From the IMG/VR virus record IMGVR_UViG_3300025736_000017: DNA of 64,000 bases; one strand, given 5' to 3'. Position 1 is the first letter of the stretch. Each line of letters starts with the position of its first letter. Made by a program: the position numbers and the translations under genes. This document shows, piece by piece, positions 1 to 8,864 of the stretch. Under the pieces are notes generated by a model. It saw only the letters and a list, made by a program, of their open reading frames with translations. It was not told the DNA's origin and did not search any database. Source of the DNA: an uncultured virus (IMG/VR IMGVR_UViG_3300025736_000017). Taxonomy: Duplodnaviria; Heunggongvirae; Uroviricota; Caudoviricetes.

Positions 1-15
1 AGAACTTAAATAATT

Positions 16-627
16 TTACTTTTTCGTAAACACAATTTTAGCGAGTAGAGCTAATCCTAAAATACCAAAGATTATACCTAACCAAAATATTTTACTGTCC
101 TGAATGTCTACATATGAACCTTCCATAGGAACGTCTATAGGAACGTCTATAGGACCAATGTCTATAGGATCTAAATCCACAGGTCCAATATCCAATCCAA
201 TAGGATCAGTAATTAAACCGCTTATTATATCAGAACTGTTACCAATAGTCTTTAAATGAGACTCTATAGAAGGCTTTGTAGTCGGTCCTGTGGTCGTCAT
301 TATAGATTTTATGGTATTGATGTCATCTTTAATTTTATCGTTCTCAGCGACGATGTTCTCAATAGCTCTTTGCTTCTGCATAGCTAGTTCCTCAAGAGCG
401 TCTATCTCTTCGTCTCTCTGAGCAATGATCTCTGTTTTAGTACGATTCTCTACCACAAGATCCTCAAGAGTTATCGAGTCTTCAAAAATAGGCTCACCCA
501 TATCTCCCGATCTTGTTTCGATTTGAGGGTTATTTGAGATCGAATTATCTGGGGTATCATTAAAATCAAAATCATAACATCCAGAACAAAAAACTAAAGC
601 TATTAATATTAGTATTATCTTTTTCAA
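16..627 (-). CDS. Lipoprotein with C-terminal transmembrane helix (u-spanin-like topology)
   Basis: Likely TTG start at 627 (LKKIILILIALVFCSGC lipobox), coiled-coil middle, PID repeats, C-terminal hydrophobic helix KIFWLGIIFGILGLALLAK. Confidence 0.55.
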   Translation of the reverse strand: MKKIILILIALVFCSGCYDFDFNDTPDNSISNNPQIETRSGDMGEPIFEDSITLEDLVVENRTKTEIIAQRDEEIDALEELAMQKQRAIENIVAENDKIKDDINTIKSIMTTTGPTTKPSIESHLKTIGNSSDIISGLITDPIGLDIGPVDLDPIDIGPIDVPIDVPMEGSYVDIQDSKIFWLGIIFGILGLALLAKIVFTKK

Positions 628-663
628 AGGAAATCTCCGTGTAATGCTGAATATAGTATCGAC

Positions 664-1551
664 ATGAACTGGTATTATCAACAAAAAATTGAACACTATT
701 TGGATGAAACAATGATGAAAGAAGCAGGATTTTTTAACAATCTCATTATTGGAGAAATAATGGTACTGGCTCCCCTACTAGGCTATCTAGGATGGACCCA
801 AACAGATATCTTCAACAAACTAAAGAGCAACAACGGCGATACAGCAGCTTTAAAACAACAAGCCATAGAAGAAGCTCAACAGCAAAACGTACCAGAACAA
901 ATCATACAACAAGTCCAAAACAACATTAATAACCAACCTACACAAGAAGTAACAGAACAAGCACCTGTACAAAAAGAACCTACAGCTTTTGATCGTATGC
1001 GTCAAAATTTGATCGATAACGAAGGTTTTGTTAATAAAGCAAATCGAATAGGAAATAAAGGGGAAATAGATATAGGCGTAGGACATGCTATGCTAAACCC
1101 TAACAACGGCAAAACAAAAGCTAAACAAACAATAGTCTCAAGAAGAATCTTTGCTAAACTTTTTGGCAATACAGTAAACTTTGATGCAGTCCTAAACGGC
1201 AAACAAACACTTACAAACCCACAAATAGAAAAACTATTAAAACATGATATAAATGAACATGTTAATAGAGCTAAACGTCTATTTAGAGATACATCTCACT
1301 TTGATTCATTACCTCCATATTTACAAGATGCTATATTTGATGGAGTCTACAGAGGAGATGTAGGTACAAGAGCTACACCTAAAACTCTCAGATATATGAA
1401 TGCTAATAATTGGGCTGCTGCGGCTAAAGAATATCTAAATCACCAAGGTTATAAAAAAGCCAAGAAAAGAAGACTTGGTGGAATAACTCTCAGAATGGAA
1501 GCAAATCAAAAAGCTATGTTCCAATATGCTAAAGAGTTAGGTCAGATCTAA
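664..1551 (+). CDS. Phage lysozyme (GH24/T4-like muramidase) with N-terminal extension
   Basis: LIDNEGF...DIGVGH catalytic-region motif, NWAAAAKEYL C-terminal motif; starts MNWYY. Confidence 0.8.
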   Translation: MNWYYQQKIEHYLDETMMKEAGFFNNLIIGEIMVLAPLLGYLGWTQTDIFNKLKSNNGDTAALKQQAIEEAQQQNVPEQIIQQVQNNINNQPTQEVTEQAPVQKEPTAFDRMRQNLIDNEGFVNKANRIGNKGEIDIGVGHAMLNPNNGKTKAKQTIVSRRIFAKLFGNTVNFDAVLNGKQTLTNPQIEKLLKHDINEHVNRAKRLFRDTSHFDSLPPYLQDAIFDGVYRGDVGTRATPKTLRYMNANNWAAAAKEYLNHQGYKKAKKRRLGGITLRMEANQKAMFQYAKELGQI

Positions 1552-1743
1552 CTATTCCCAATATTTTAAAGACACTTCATTCTGTCGTTCCCAACCCCAA
1601 GACCAATAAAGTTTAGAACTCCAAGAAAGACTTTTAGCGAACCTTGTAGCCGAAAGTGAAACTTTGAATTTTTCTAACGTCATTCTCTGTCCAGTTTCAA
1701 AATCTCTAATATTAGTTGTTCTAAACAACATGTTCATGTCCAC
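1552..1743 (-). CDS. Small Ser/Trp-rich hypothetical protein
   Basis: 63-aa ORF overlapping the end of the upstream gene; SLSWSSKLYWSWGW. Confidence 0.5.
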   Translation of the reverse strand: MDMNMLFRTTNIRDFETGQRMTLEKFKVSLSATRFAKSLSWSSKLYWSWGWERQNEVSLKYWE

Positions 1744-2372
1744 AGTGCTCCCCTAATTTTCATCAGTCTTATCAAATGATCTGTATCTTCTTTATAGTGT
1801 TTTACGTCTGAATCAAAGTTCCAATTTAAAGGATCACTCATTTTCCTCTGTCTCTCAGGACGTACTATCTTCCACCAATCATAAAGATACTTCAACTCTT
1901 TCTCTTCCTCTTGATCCGAATCATGCATCTCTTGAAGCATTTTAATGTTTTCTTCTTGAGATTGTTTGTCTTCCCATTCTTGGTTATTCCACTCTTCTAT
2001 CTGTTCAGTATGATCAAACATTTTATGATCAAGCAATTCTTCATTCTCTATAACATCGCAAAAAATAGAAAAACTAGAATGAAGCAAAAGAAGATCTCTA
2101 TCTATCCATGTCGGCGGTAAAGTCTTAACCTTAATCTTATTGTAAGGATGGAAAGCCCAGCATTTACAATAATAGTAACTATCTCCAATCTTCCTTTTAC
2201 ATTTTTTCAACCACCAAAAGAAGTTATGAGGGAAATGCTGTTGTTTTTCTCTGAGAGCATGCATACGCTCTTTAAGTCCTTCAATAGGATAAGTTTTAAG
2301 CGTACCTTTCTCGATGTCTTTGTCTATCTTCTTCATTCTTTTTTTAAATTGCTTTTTATTTCTAGGATTCAT
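1734..2372 (-). CDS. Hypothetical phage protein
   Basis: 212-aa ORF immediately after a TGTGA-N12-TATAAT promoter. Confidence 0.7.
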   Translation of the reverse strand: MNPRNKKQFKKRMKKIDKDIEKGTLKTYPIEGLKERMHALREKQQHFPHNFFWWLKKCKRKIGDSYYYCKCWAFHPYNKIKVKTLPPTWIDRDLLLLHSSFSIFCDVIENEELLDHKMFDHTEQIEEWNNQEWEDKQSQEENIKMLQEMHDSDQEEEKELKYLYDWWKIVRPERQRKMSDPLNWNFDSDVKHYKEDTDHLIRLMKIRGALWT

Positions 2373-2496
2373 ATTTCATATTATAGCATATTTTTGTTCA
2401 CAAAAAAGAAAAAAGAACATAATAAACAATATTATGCTCTTTTCCCTTATGAAATCGTTGATTAGTGTCACATTCGGCAACTACATTTGAAATCCT

Positions 2497-3045
2497 TTAG
2501 CCTTTTTTAAAATTCAAAACTTTTTCGTACAAAGCATTAATTTCTTCGACGGAATTTCTCAAAGGAGTAACATCGTTCTTAGCCACAGGTCTTTTAGCGT
2601 GATAATAATCAAAATCAACTCCAAAAGAATTAACAAACAAATTTGTCAAATGGAAACAATATTCCTCTCTAAGTCTTGTGATCTTGCCTCTTAACCAATA
2701 AGTTTGAGGAGTTCTTGTCCACTCAAATCGTCTCCAACAACTTTCATCTTTTAAGTCAATTTTGCAAAAAGGAGAGTCTAAAAAAGGTTCTGGTTGAAGA
2801 CCAATAATCTCACAACCGATTTTCTGACCCTGATCATTTCTAGTAAACTTCCTTGTGACTCTATTTTGTTTGTCTTTTCTGCTCCAACGGTTCCACTCGG
2901 CGGCTTGTCTCTGAGCCTCTAGGAACCATTGATTGAGTTTTCTGAGCTTTTTGTATGTCTCTTGATCGCAGGGATGATATCCCCACTTCGATTGATAGAC
3001 TTTAGTTTCTGTCATTGTATTCGTTTTTTTCTCCTTAATCTTCAT
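2497..3045 (-). CDS. Hypothetical phage protein
   Basis: 182-aa ORF in operon; GGAG RBS before an internal Met. Confidence 0.7.
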   Translation of the reverse strand: MKIKEKKTNTMTETKVYQSKWGYHPCDQETYKKLRKLNQWFLEAQRQAAEWNRWSRKDKQNRVTRKFTRNDQGQKIGCEIIGLQPEPFLDSPFCKIDLKDESCWRRFEWTRTPQTYWLRGKITRLREEYCFHLTNLFVNSFGVDFDYYHAKRPVAKNDVTPLRNSVEEINALYEKVLNFKKG

Positions 3046-3439
3046 AATCTTCTGGTTTATTGTCGTTAAAGAACATTTGTATTTTATTAATCACAATTTC
3101 TGTGATGTTTTCTTTGCGAAGTTTATCTTGCCATCCATCATATTCTATGTCTCCGGATCCCCACTCGTTTTTCTCTCCAACCATGAAACAAGCTGGATTA
3201 CTAAAAACTTTAATGCCTTTAACCTTCTTATACGGCCAGACTTGTAGCGGAGAATCCTCACAACATCCACAATTATAATCAATATAAATTTGATCCGTCT
3301 CAGAATTAATGGATAAAGAAGAGAGTTTTTTGTTGCTCCATCTGTCTACATTCTCTTTAATGTCAGGGTATAATTCTAAAACTTTTTCAATCTTTGCTAT
3401 CTCTTCTTTTTGTTTTTTTATTTTTTCTATATAACTCAT
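3035..3439 (-). CDS. Hypothetical phage protein
   Basis: 134-aa ORF, AGGAG RBS, CGCC motif. Confidence 0.7.
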   Translation of the reverse strand: MSYIEKIKKQKEEIAKIEKVLELYPDIKENVDRWSNKKLSSLSINSETDQIYIDYNCGCCEDSPLQVWPYKKVKGIKVFSNPACFMVGEKNEWGSGDIEYDGWQDKLRKENITEIVINKIQMFFNDNKPEDYED

Positions 3440-3528
3440 TTTTTCTCCTAATAGTTTAAAATGTTTATTAAGTTGAAGTTATGGATTAGATATTCATGAT
3501 AGTTACTAATTATATGGAAAAATATTCC

Positions 3529-4154
3529 TTAACCAGTTTTTAAGGCAACAGGGACTATATGCTCCTGTCTTACCTCATTCCAATAGAAACCAGTTCTATT
3601 TTTCTGAAGTAATCGTTTCTTTTTGCTAATAGCTCTAAGATTAAGAGACAAGTTAACAGAAGCATTTAAATCCGCATCACACTCAAAAAAGCATTTATCA
3701 CACTTAAATTCTTTCTGCTTCCTGTTACTCTTACGAACCCAACCACATTTACTACATCTTTGACTCGTGTAAGTTGGTGAAATGCGTTTCACAAGGACAC
3801 CTTGTTCTTCGCATTTACTAATCAACTTGTCAAAAATGTTAGTATAAGTCCAATGACTTAACGTGCGGCTATTTCTTCTACCTTTTCGAAGGTATTTTAT
3901 ATTTTCAAGATTAACTTGTTTGGTGTTAACTAGGTTTAATTGATTAATTGACCAGTTAATATAATTTGTTCTATGATCTTCACAACGTTTAAAACCTTTA
4001 CTACCTTTCTTCTTCCTTGACATGATCTTAAGAATAGAATTAAGATCATGTCTATCATTATTAGGTTTACTAATATGATTATTAGAGCATGAAATTACAT
4101 TCACTTTCCCTATATCTATGCCTAAAATATTACCTATTTCTTTTTTTTGGGCAT
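3529..4154 (-). pseudogene. tnpB: N-terminally truncated TnpB (IS200/IS605 RuvC + Zn ribbon)
   Basis: ILGIDIG (RuvC-I) in frame just upstream of the GTG, LENIK (RuvC-II), TSQRCSKCG/CDKC Zn finger, DADLNAS (RuvC-III); N-terminal half missing; ATG at 4154 is out of frame across an A8 run. Confidence 0.8.
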
Positions 4155-4168
4155 CTTAAAATTATAAA

Positions 4169-4348
4169 TTATTTCTTTTTAACTGCAAATCTGCCTCTTT
4201 CAGGAGTTATCCATGCAGAAGCACTTTTAGCAAGATCTATTGCTCCATCTCCTGAAAAAATATCATACCTTTCATCAGCAAGCAGGTATACATTAACTAG
4301 ATCGTCGGTTTCATCGTATACTTCAACATTAAATTCTACTTCGCTCAT
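4169..4348 (-). CDS. Small acidic hypothetical protein (59 aa, not in ORF track)
   Basis: MSEVEFNVEVYDETDD...VKKK*, AGGA upstream. Confidence 0.6.
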   Translation of the reverse strand: MSEVEFNVEVYDETDDLVNVYLLADERYDIFSGDGAIDLAKSASAWITPERGRFAVKKK

Positions 4349-4373
4349 ATCTTTTATCCTTTTAAGTTATTTA

Positions 4374-4408
4374 AAAAGTAGGATATGAGTTAACATACCC
4401 TACCTTTT
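4374..4408 (-). terminator. Probable intrinsic terminator
   Basis: Imperfect inverted repeat GTAGGATATG/CATACCCTAC with flanking A/T runs, downstream of 4433..5056. Confidence 0.5.
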
Positions 4409-4432
4409 CAATAGGTTTACCATAAATTATTA

Positions 4433-5056
4433 TCAGGTTTCCTGTGCTGGGACATAATCATCTGCTGTTTTGTTAAACGTCCAAGCAATAGCTTGTTGAC
4501 ATGTCTCCATATTCGGTGGAACTTTTAAATAATACAACTTATAAGTTCCATCTACATTCGGCGACGAATTAGAAACTTTAATGAGTGTAATAGGTTCAGG
4601 ATCGTCAAAACCAGATTGCTCCTTAAAGATTCCATCGCACTGTAAAAGCTCTCGTTCGCTTCCATCTGCTGCTACATCAGAATCAACAACTTTAAATCGA
4701 TTCTCTTCCCTCATTCGGTCATAACCATAAATCTGAATTCCGACATAACGTATTTCGGTATTCTCATGATTAATAACTTCTTCAAACGTTAAAGTTTCAG
4801 GGTTATTAATATAGCGAGGAGGAACGAGAATATTCTCGTAGTAGAAGCATGTTGAACCAAAAGCGTCAACATCTAGACCATGCTTTCTACCCTCTTGATA
4901 CCAAACACAACGTAGCGGAGAAATATATGCTGGACCATCATCACAATGAAGCCTTCCAAGAATATCTTTCTTGAGTTCTAACTTTCCAAATGGAAAGAGT
5001 TTACGGATTCCACTAACCCTACGCATCCAATTCTCAAACTTCTTTCTATCACTCAT
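4433..5056 (-). CDS. DUF6745-like protein
   Basis: GRLHCDDGPA, ENTEIR, YYLKVPP...QAIAWTF...ET motifs. Confidence 0.7.
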   Translation of the reverse strand: MSDRKKFENWMRRVSGIRKLFPFGKLELKKDILGRLHCDDGPAYISPLRCVWYQEGRKHGLDVDAFGSTCFYYENILVPPRYINNPETLTFEEVINHENTEIRYVGIQIYGYDRMREENRFKVVDSDVAADGSERELLQCDGIFKEQSGFDDPEPITLIKVSNSSPNVDGTYKLYYLKVPPNMETCQQAIAWTFNKTADDYVPAQET

Positions 5057-5085
5057 AATTACCTCTTATTTAATTATTGCGGTAA

Positions 5086-5496
5086 TTAGGATACTGAGTC
5101 AGAGGTTGTAGCTTCGTTAGTTGTAGATACTGCGTCTTCTTCAAAAGACAACGGAGCTTGCGACCAAGTAGGCTGATAAGCGATTTCGATAGCATCATGC
5201 TTGATGATTACGAATCCACCAATATCATCTTCTCGTTCGGGCGTTGCTTTTGCGGAAGGACCAGAGATTTCCACTGATCTTGCATTAGCGAGGACGATAA
5301 AGTCTTCGCCAACATGAGCTATAACACCACGATACTGATATCTAGCACACAATATAGCCATTTTCTGACCCAAATGAGAGTTGATAATATCACCAAATCT
5401 GGTTAGACCATTTAACATATTTTTGATCTTAGCTGCTTGGGCTGTCGGGTCTACATCTTTTGTTACTGCATCTGCCATTTTTTCTACTCCTGTCAT
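5086..5496 (-). CDS. Hypothetical protein, possible Sm/SH3-like beta fold
   Basis: LGQKMAILCARYQYRGVIAHVGEDFIVL beta-strand pattern. Confidence 0.5.
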   Translation of the reverse strand: MTGVEKMADAVTKDVDPTAQAAKIKNMLNGLTRFGDIINSHLGQKMAILCARYQYRGVIAHVGEDFIVLANARSVEISGPSAKATPEREDDIGGFVIIKHDAIEIAYQPTWSQAPLSFEEDAVSTTNEATTSDSVS

Positions 5497-5621
5497 AAGT
5501 TTTTTTAGTTTTAATTAGCTAAACGATTATTAAACGATTTTTCTTTCTTTTACTCTATTCAGATATAAAATTTTCAGACATTTTATTTCTTCCTTATGTA
5601 GTGCTTCGATTAAAGTAAGAA

Positions 5622-5969
5622 TCAGTCTTTTACTTGACGTTCTTTTTCAGCGGAAAGGGGATCATATTCGCGTTGACGAGAGATCTCAATCCATTCATCT
5701 TTTGGCATTGTAATAGTTCCATGTTCGTCATGATCTACAGACATCTCTGTTGGAGACTTGACATAAACGTGTCCATTATCTGGGTCAACATAACTCTGAA
5801 ACTTTGAGATATGAGGGGTTGCGATAGCGTGAGTATGACCAGTTACTTCTCCGTGAGCGAGAACTGGAGTCTCATGCCTTTGATTCTTCTTGAGAGCAGC
5901 TTCAGATGGTCCGTCAACTACTTCAAAGAAAATGTCGCCTTGTCGTGCTTGTGTTTGCTTCTTACTCAT
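5622..5969 (-). CDS. His-rich beta protein of the type usually found next to DUF6745
   Basis: RQGDIFF, HGEVTGHTH, HDEH, RQREYDP motifs. Confidence 0.65.
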   Translation of the reverse strand: MSKKQTQARQGDIFFEVVDGPSEAALKKNQRHETPVLAHGEVTGHTHAIATPHISKFQSYVDPDNGHVYVKSPTEMSVDHDEHGTITMPKDEWIEISRQREYDPLSAEKERQVKD

Positions 5970-6117
5970 TTTAAACTCCTATTGGGTTTAGGTTATCAAC
6001 TATATCTATTCTATCGTCTAATCAAGTCACAAAATAATAATTTATTTTCTTGATCTTTTTGTTTCTTTCCTTCATCTATATATTATAGCAGAAGGACTAG
6101 TCACAAATTCTTTTTAA

Positions 6118-6339
6118 TTAGTTTTCTTTGTCCAGACATTTTCCACTACAAATTAATTCATAGTAACCATTTTCATCTATTTGTCCAGCAAAAATAATTG
6201 CGTCGATAGCATTCGATGCTGAGCTTGTACTCTCAAAGACTTTTTTACAAACTGGACAACGGAAATCGAGAGTCGCCAACCACAAAGTTTCCCCCAAAAT
6301 AATTTGTTTATCTATTTTTATAGGTTCAGAAAAATTCAT
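6118..6339 (-). CDS. Small Zn-ribbon hypothetical protein
   Basis: CPVC and CSGKC; ATG at 6339 after AAGGA. Confidence 0.55.
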   Translation of the reverse strand: MNFSEPIKIDKQIILGETLWLATLDFRCPVCKKVFESTSSASNAIDAIIFAGQIDENGYYELICSGKCLDKEN

Positions 6340-6385
6340 TTTTATTCCTTTATCGGTTATCAACTATATCTATTGTCTAATCAAG

Positions 6386-6751
6386 TTACAATGTAGTTTC
6401 TTTTAGTTCTTTTTTTAACCAAACTTTAATCAATTCAATAATTTCGTTTTCAGTTTTTCCATTTAAATTAGATATTGTTGGAAATGAAAATCTTGGAAGA
6501 TCTTTTGATACAACAATTAATATGTCTTTTGGTTGACGACAATCGTTACCAGGCGACCGACCTGTTTTAATCGCATAACCTGGAATGCTCCAATATATAT
6601 CATTTTGAAAAACTATTTTTAAATCTTTGTTACTTAACTTCATCGCTTTTTGTATTTTTTTAGAAAAAGCAATTATACTTTTATAACAATCTCGATGCCT
6701 GTTAATTTTTTTCTTATAACTATTCATTTTTACTCCTTTATAGGTTGGCAA
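6386..6751 (-). CDS. Hypothetical protein
   Basis: Basic ORF with RBS before internal Met. Confidence 0.55.
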   Translation of the reverse strand: MPTYKGVKMNSYKKKINRHRDCYKSIIAFSKKIQKAMKLSNKDLKIVFQNDIYWSIPGYAIKTGRSPGNDCRQPKDILIVVSKDLPRFSFPTISNLNGKTENEIIELIKVWLKKELKETTL

Positions 6752-6767
6752 TTATCCAATTTAGATT

Positions 6768-7115
6768 CTATTCTGAACGAGTGATATTATGAATTTGGCT
6801 TGGTTTAAGATTGGGGCATTGAATATCGCCTGACTTATCGTGTATCCATACATTCCACAGTCCAGCATTTTCTCTCCAAACTTTCAATTTGCCCACCAAC
6901 CCATGATATTCATAACCTGGTGAGTCAATCAACACTCTATCATTTAATGCCCACCAACTCATGTCACGTTCCCCCAGAAGCTTGCATTGCTCTTGGGTCG
7001 GTGCATTGGCTATGTCAATTCGAAGGAACCAAGAACTCAAAAATCCTGCATATAGTCCTAGCAAGAACACAAGAATCAGTACTCCACAAAGAATGGTTTT
7101 GTTATTGTTATCCAT
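6768..7115 (-). CDS. Hypothetical membrane-anchored protein
   Basis: N-terminal hydrophobic helix. Confidence 0.6.
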   Translation of the reverse strand: MDNNNKTILCGVLILVFLLGLYAGFLSSWFLRIDIANAPTQEQCKLLGERDMSWWALNDRVLIDSPGYEYHGLVGKLKVWRENAGLWNVWIHDKSGDIQCPNLKPSQIHNITRSE

Positions 7116-7174
7116 TTTAATTCCTTTCTAAATAGATTATATAAGATTTGAAAAACACAAATACTCAAGGAGGT

Positions 7175-7546
7175 CTATAATTCGCCAGTTTGATTAAAAA
7201 TGTCTATTCCTTTTTTAATTCTCTTTAAACTTCTTTTTGCATTTTTTTTGGAAGAGAATACAAAATCAATACCACTAGCAGTTGAAAAATATTTTCTCCA
7301 CGTTCGTTTTACGTCAACATGAAGTCTGTATCTGTATTTTACGGCATCTGGTTCTTTTTCATAATCCCAATCAGAAATAAACCTAAACCATTCTCCACCT
7401 TTTTTATCTATGAATGAACGATTCGTAGAATATGTATATCCTATGATTGGACCGAAATTCTTATTCTTTTCTACAAAACTTGATTTGATTAAAGATATAA
7501 TATCAAACTGATTATCTTTAATAAAAAATTGTAAACACTGTGACAT
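7175..7546 (-). CDS. Hypothetical protein
   Basis: 123-aa ORF downstream of tRNA cluster. Confidence 0.55.
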   Translation of the reverse strand: MSQCLQFFIKDNQFDIISLIKSSFVEKNKNFGPIIGYTYSTNRSFIDKKGGEWFRFISDWDYEKEPDAVKYRYRLHVDVKRTWRKYFSTASGIDFVFSSKKNAKRSLKRIKKGIDIFNQTGEL

Positions 7547-7588
7547 ACTTCTTTATCGGTTTAATTGATAAATATCTCTACTGTCTAA

Positions 7589-7670
7589 TGCCCCTGGTAG
7601 GGGTCGAACCTACACAGCTTTCGCTACCAGATTTTAGGTCTGGCGTGTCTGCCAATTCCACCACAGGGGC
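7589..7670 (-). tRNA. tRNA-Leu(TAA), C at position 33
   Basis: Cloverleaf with long V-arm; anticodon arm CCAGA-CCTAAAA-TCTGG; T-loop GTTCGAC. Confidence 0.9.
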
Positions 7671-7677
7671 TTTTCAA

Positions 7678-7759
7678 TGCTCCTACCTTGAGTCGAACAA
7701 GGACGCATTTCTGCACAACTTTTTGAAAATTGCATGTCTACCAATTCCATCATAGGAGC
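7678..7759 (-). tRNA. tRNA-Leu(CAA)
   Basis: GCTCCTA/TAGGAGC acceptor; CAATT-TTCAAAA-AGTTG; long V-arm. Confidence 0.9.
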
Positions 7760-7766
7760 TTATAAG

Positions 7767-7848
7767 CGGACAGCGGAAGTGACGATCTCCAAGCTTTCGC
7801 TCCATTCGGTTAGCAACCGACGACCAGGCCATCCCGGCATCACTGTCC
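7767..7848 (-). tRNA. tRNA-Ser(GCT), atypical T-loop
   Basis: GGACAGT/GCTGTCC acceptor, G73; TCGG-TTGCTAA-CCGA; V-arm; T-loop region reads GATCGTCAC. Confidence 0.75.
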
Positions 7849-7853
7849 AAAAT

Positions 7854-7968
7854 ACAGACTAATAAAAAGTACGGGACTCGAACCCGGATACTTAAGAACT
7901 AATTCTAAAGCGTAGAGAATCATAACAATACGTGCCTTATAATTCAAGTTTGCTTTTTATTAGTCTGT
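7854..7968 (-). ncRNA. tRNA-like structured RNA (16-bp terminal stem + canonical T-arm)
   Basis: Perfect 16-bp inverted repeat ACAGACTAATAAAAAG/CTTTTTATTAGTCTGT enclosing CGGG-TTCGAGT-CCCG. Confidence 0.55.
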
Positions 7969-7972
7969 TTAC

Positions 7973-8053
7973 CGGAGAATAAAGGAATCGAACCATCAAC
8001 CTTACGGCTGGCACAGTTTTCAGGACTGATTGTCCCCATGGACGCTACTCTCC
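7973..8053 (-). tRNA. tRNA-Ser(TGA), C at position 33
   Basis: GGAGAGT/ATTCTCC acceptor, G73; CAGT-CCTGAAA-ACTG; long V-arm. Confidence 0.85.
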
Positions 8054-8060
8054 AATTTTA

Positions 8061-8131
8061 AGCCACGTACTAGATTTGAACTAGTGTACTCGCCTTTGCA
8101 GGGCGTAACCTCGCCTCTCGGACAACGTGGC
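8061..8131 (-). tRNA. tRNA-Cys(GCA)
   Basis: GCCACGT/ACGTGGC, U73; CGCC-CTGCAAA-GGCG. Confidence 0.9.
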
Positions 8132-8136
8132 ATATA

Positions 8137-8209
8137 TGCCCAAGAAAAGATTCGAACTTTCAATCACAGACACCTAAAATCTGCGGCTCTCCATTTGGCC
8201 TACTTGGGC
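8137..8209 (-). tRNA. tRNA with Leu(TAG) anticodon but short variable loop
   Basis: GCCCAAG/CTTGGGC, A73; CAGAT-TTTAGGT-GTCTG; only 73 nt. Confidence 0.75.
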
Positions 8210-8222
8210 GTATTTTCTTTAT

Positions 8223-8453
8223 TTAGATGTCAGAAGCTTTTCTTTGCTTCGTATGATCTCTACTTCTTTCAAGTAGATTTTTATCTTCCATTCTATTTCC
8301 AACAGACATCACTTTCCAACCATCATCCCACTCTCCATTTATATGAAGCTCTAGGATACTATTCCTTTTAGCATATTTTTCGGGAATCCAACGAACGTCT
8401 TGGATCATGCCTTTGTCTGTCTTTTTTATTAACTTACATTGCTTGTAGAACAT
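8223..8453 (-). CDS. Hypothetical protein within tRNA cluster
   Basis: Start MFYKQC at 8453 after AAGGA; the longer track ORF overlaps tRNA-Tyr. Confidence 0.7.
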   Translation of the reverse strand: MFYKQCKLIKKTDKGMIQDVRWIPEKYAKRNSILELHINGEWDDGWKVMSVGNRMEDKNLLERSRDHTKQRKASDI

Positions 8454-8467
8454 TTTACTTTCCTTGA

Positions 8468-8552
8468 TGGGCAAGAGAGGACTCGAACCTCCAGGTATCA
8501 TTTCTGAGAGCCGGGTTACAGCCGACCGCACTGCCATTTGTGCATCTTGCCC
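8468..8552 (-). tRNA. tRNA-Tyr(GTA)
   Basis: GGGCAAG/CTTGCCC, A73; GTCGG-CTGTAAC-CCGGC; long V-arm. Confidence 0.9.
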
Positions 8553-8864
8553 TTATTTAATTATAAAGTATCTCTTACTCTTGATTTGCTGGAAATTACT
8601 GGGGAACGAAAGGAGGGGAAAATTTAGAGCAAATCCTAATTATGTCTTAGAGACATAAACTGGACAGCAAGAGATATGAATAATACGAGGATAGAGACTC
8701 AGCGACTACGCCAATAGCGTTTTGTTGAGCAGTCGTAATGTTTTTTTGAGTCTTCATTTTATCTCGTTTATTTTTGCATGCCTTTAATAGAACATGCTTA
8801 CAATTTAACTATCGGCATTATAGCACGATATCTATACACTTTGCAAGGAAAAAATAAGAGTCCT

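Noticed and set aside
3529..4154. Small Cas12f/Cas14 effector
   Set aside because: N-terminal half missing and no CRISPR array nearby; best read as a TnpB remnant
7589..7670. Amber suppressor reading (CTA) of the CCTAAAA loop
   Set aside because: In a 7-nt loop the central triplet is TAA, and the body is a normal tRNA-Leu
7540..8658. Track ORFs 7540..7755, 8030..8371 and 8464..8658
   Set aside because: Antisense shadows of tRNA genes
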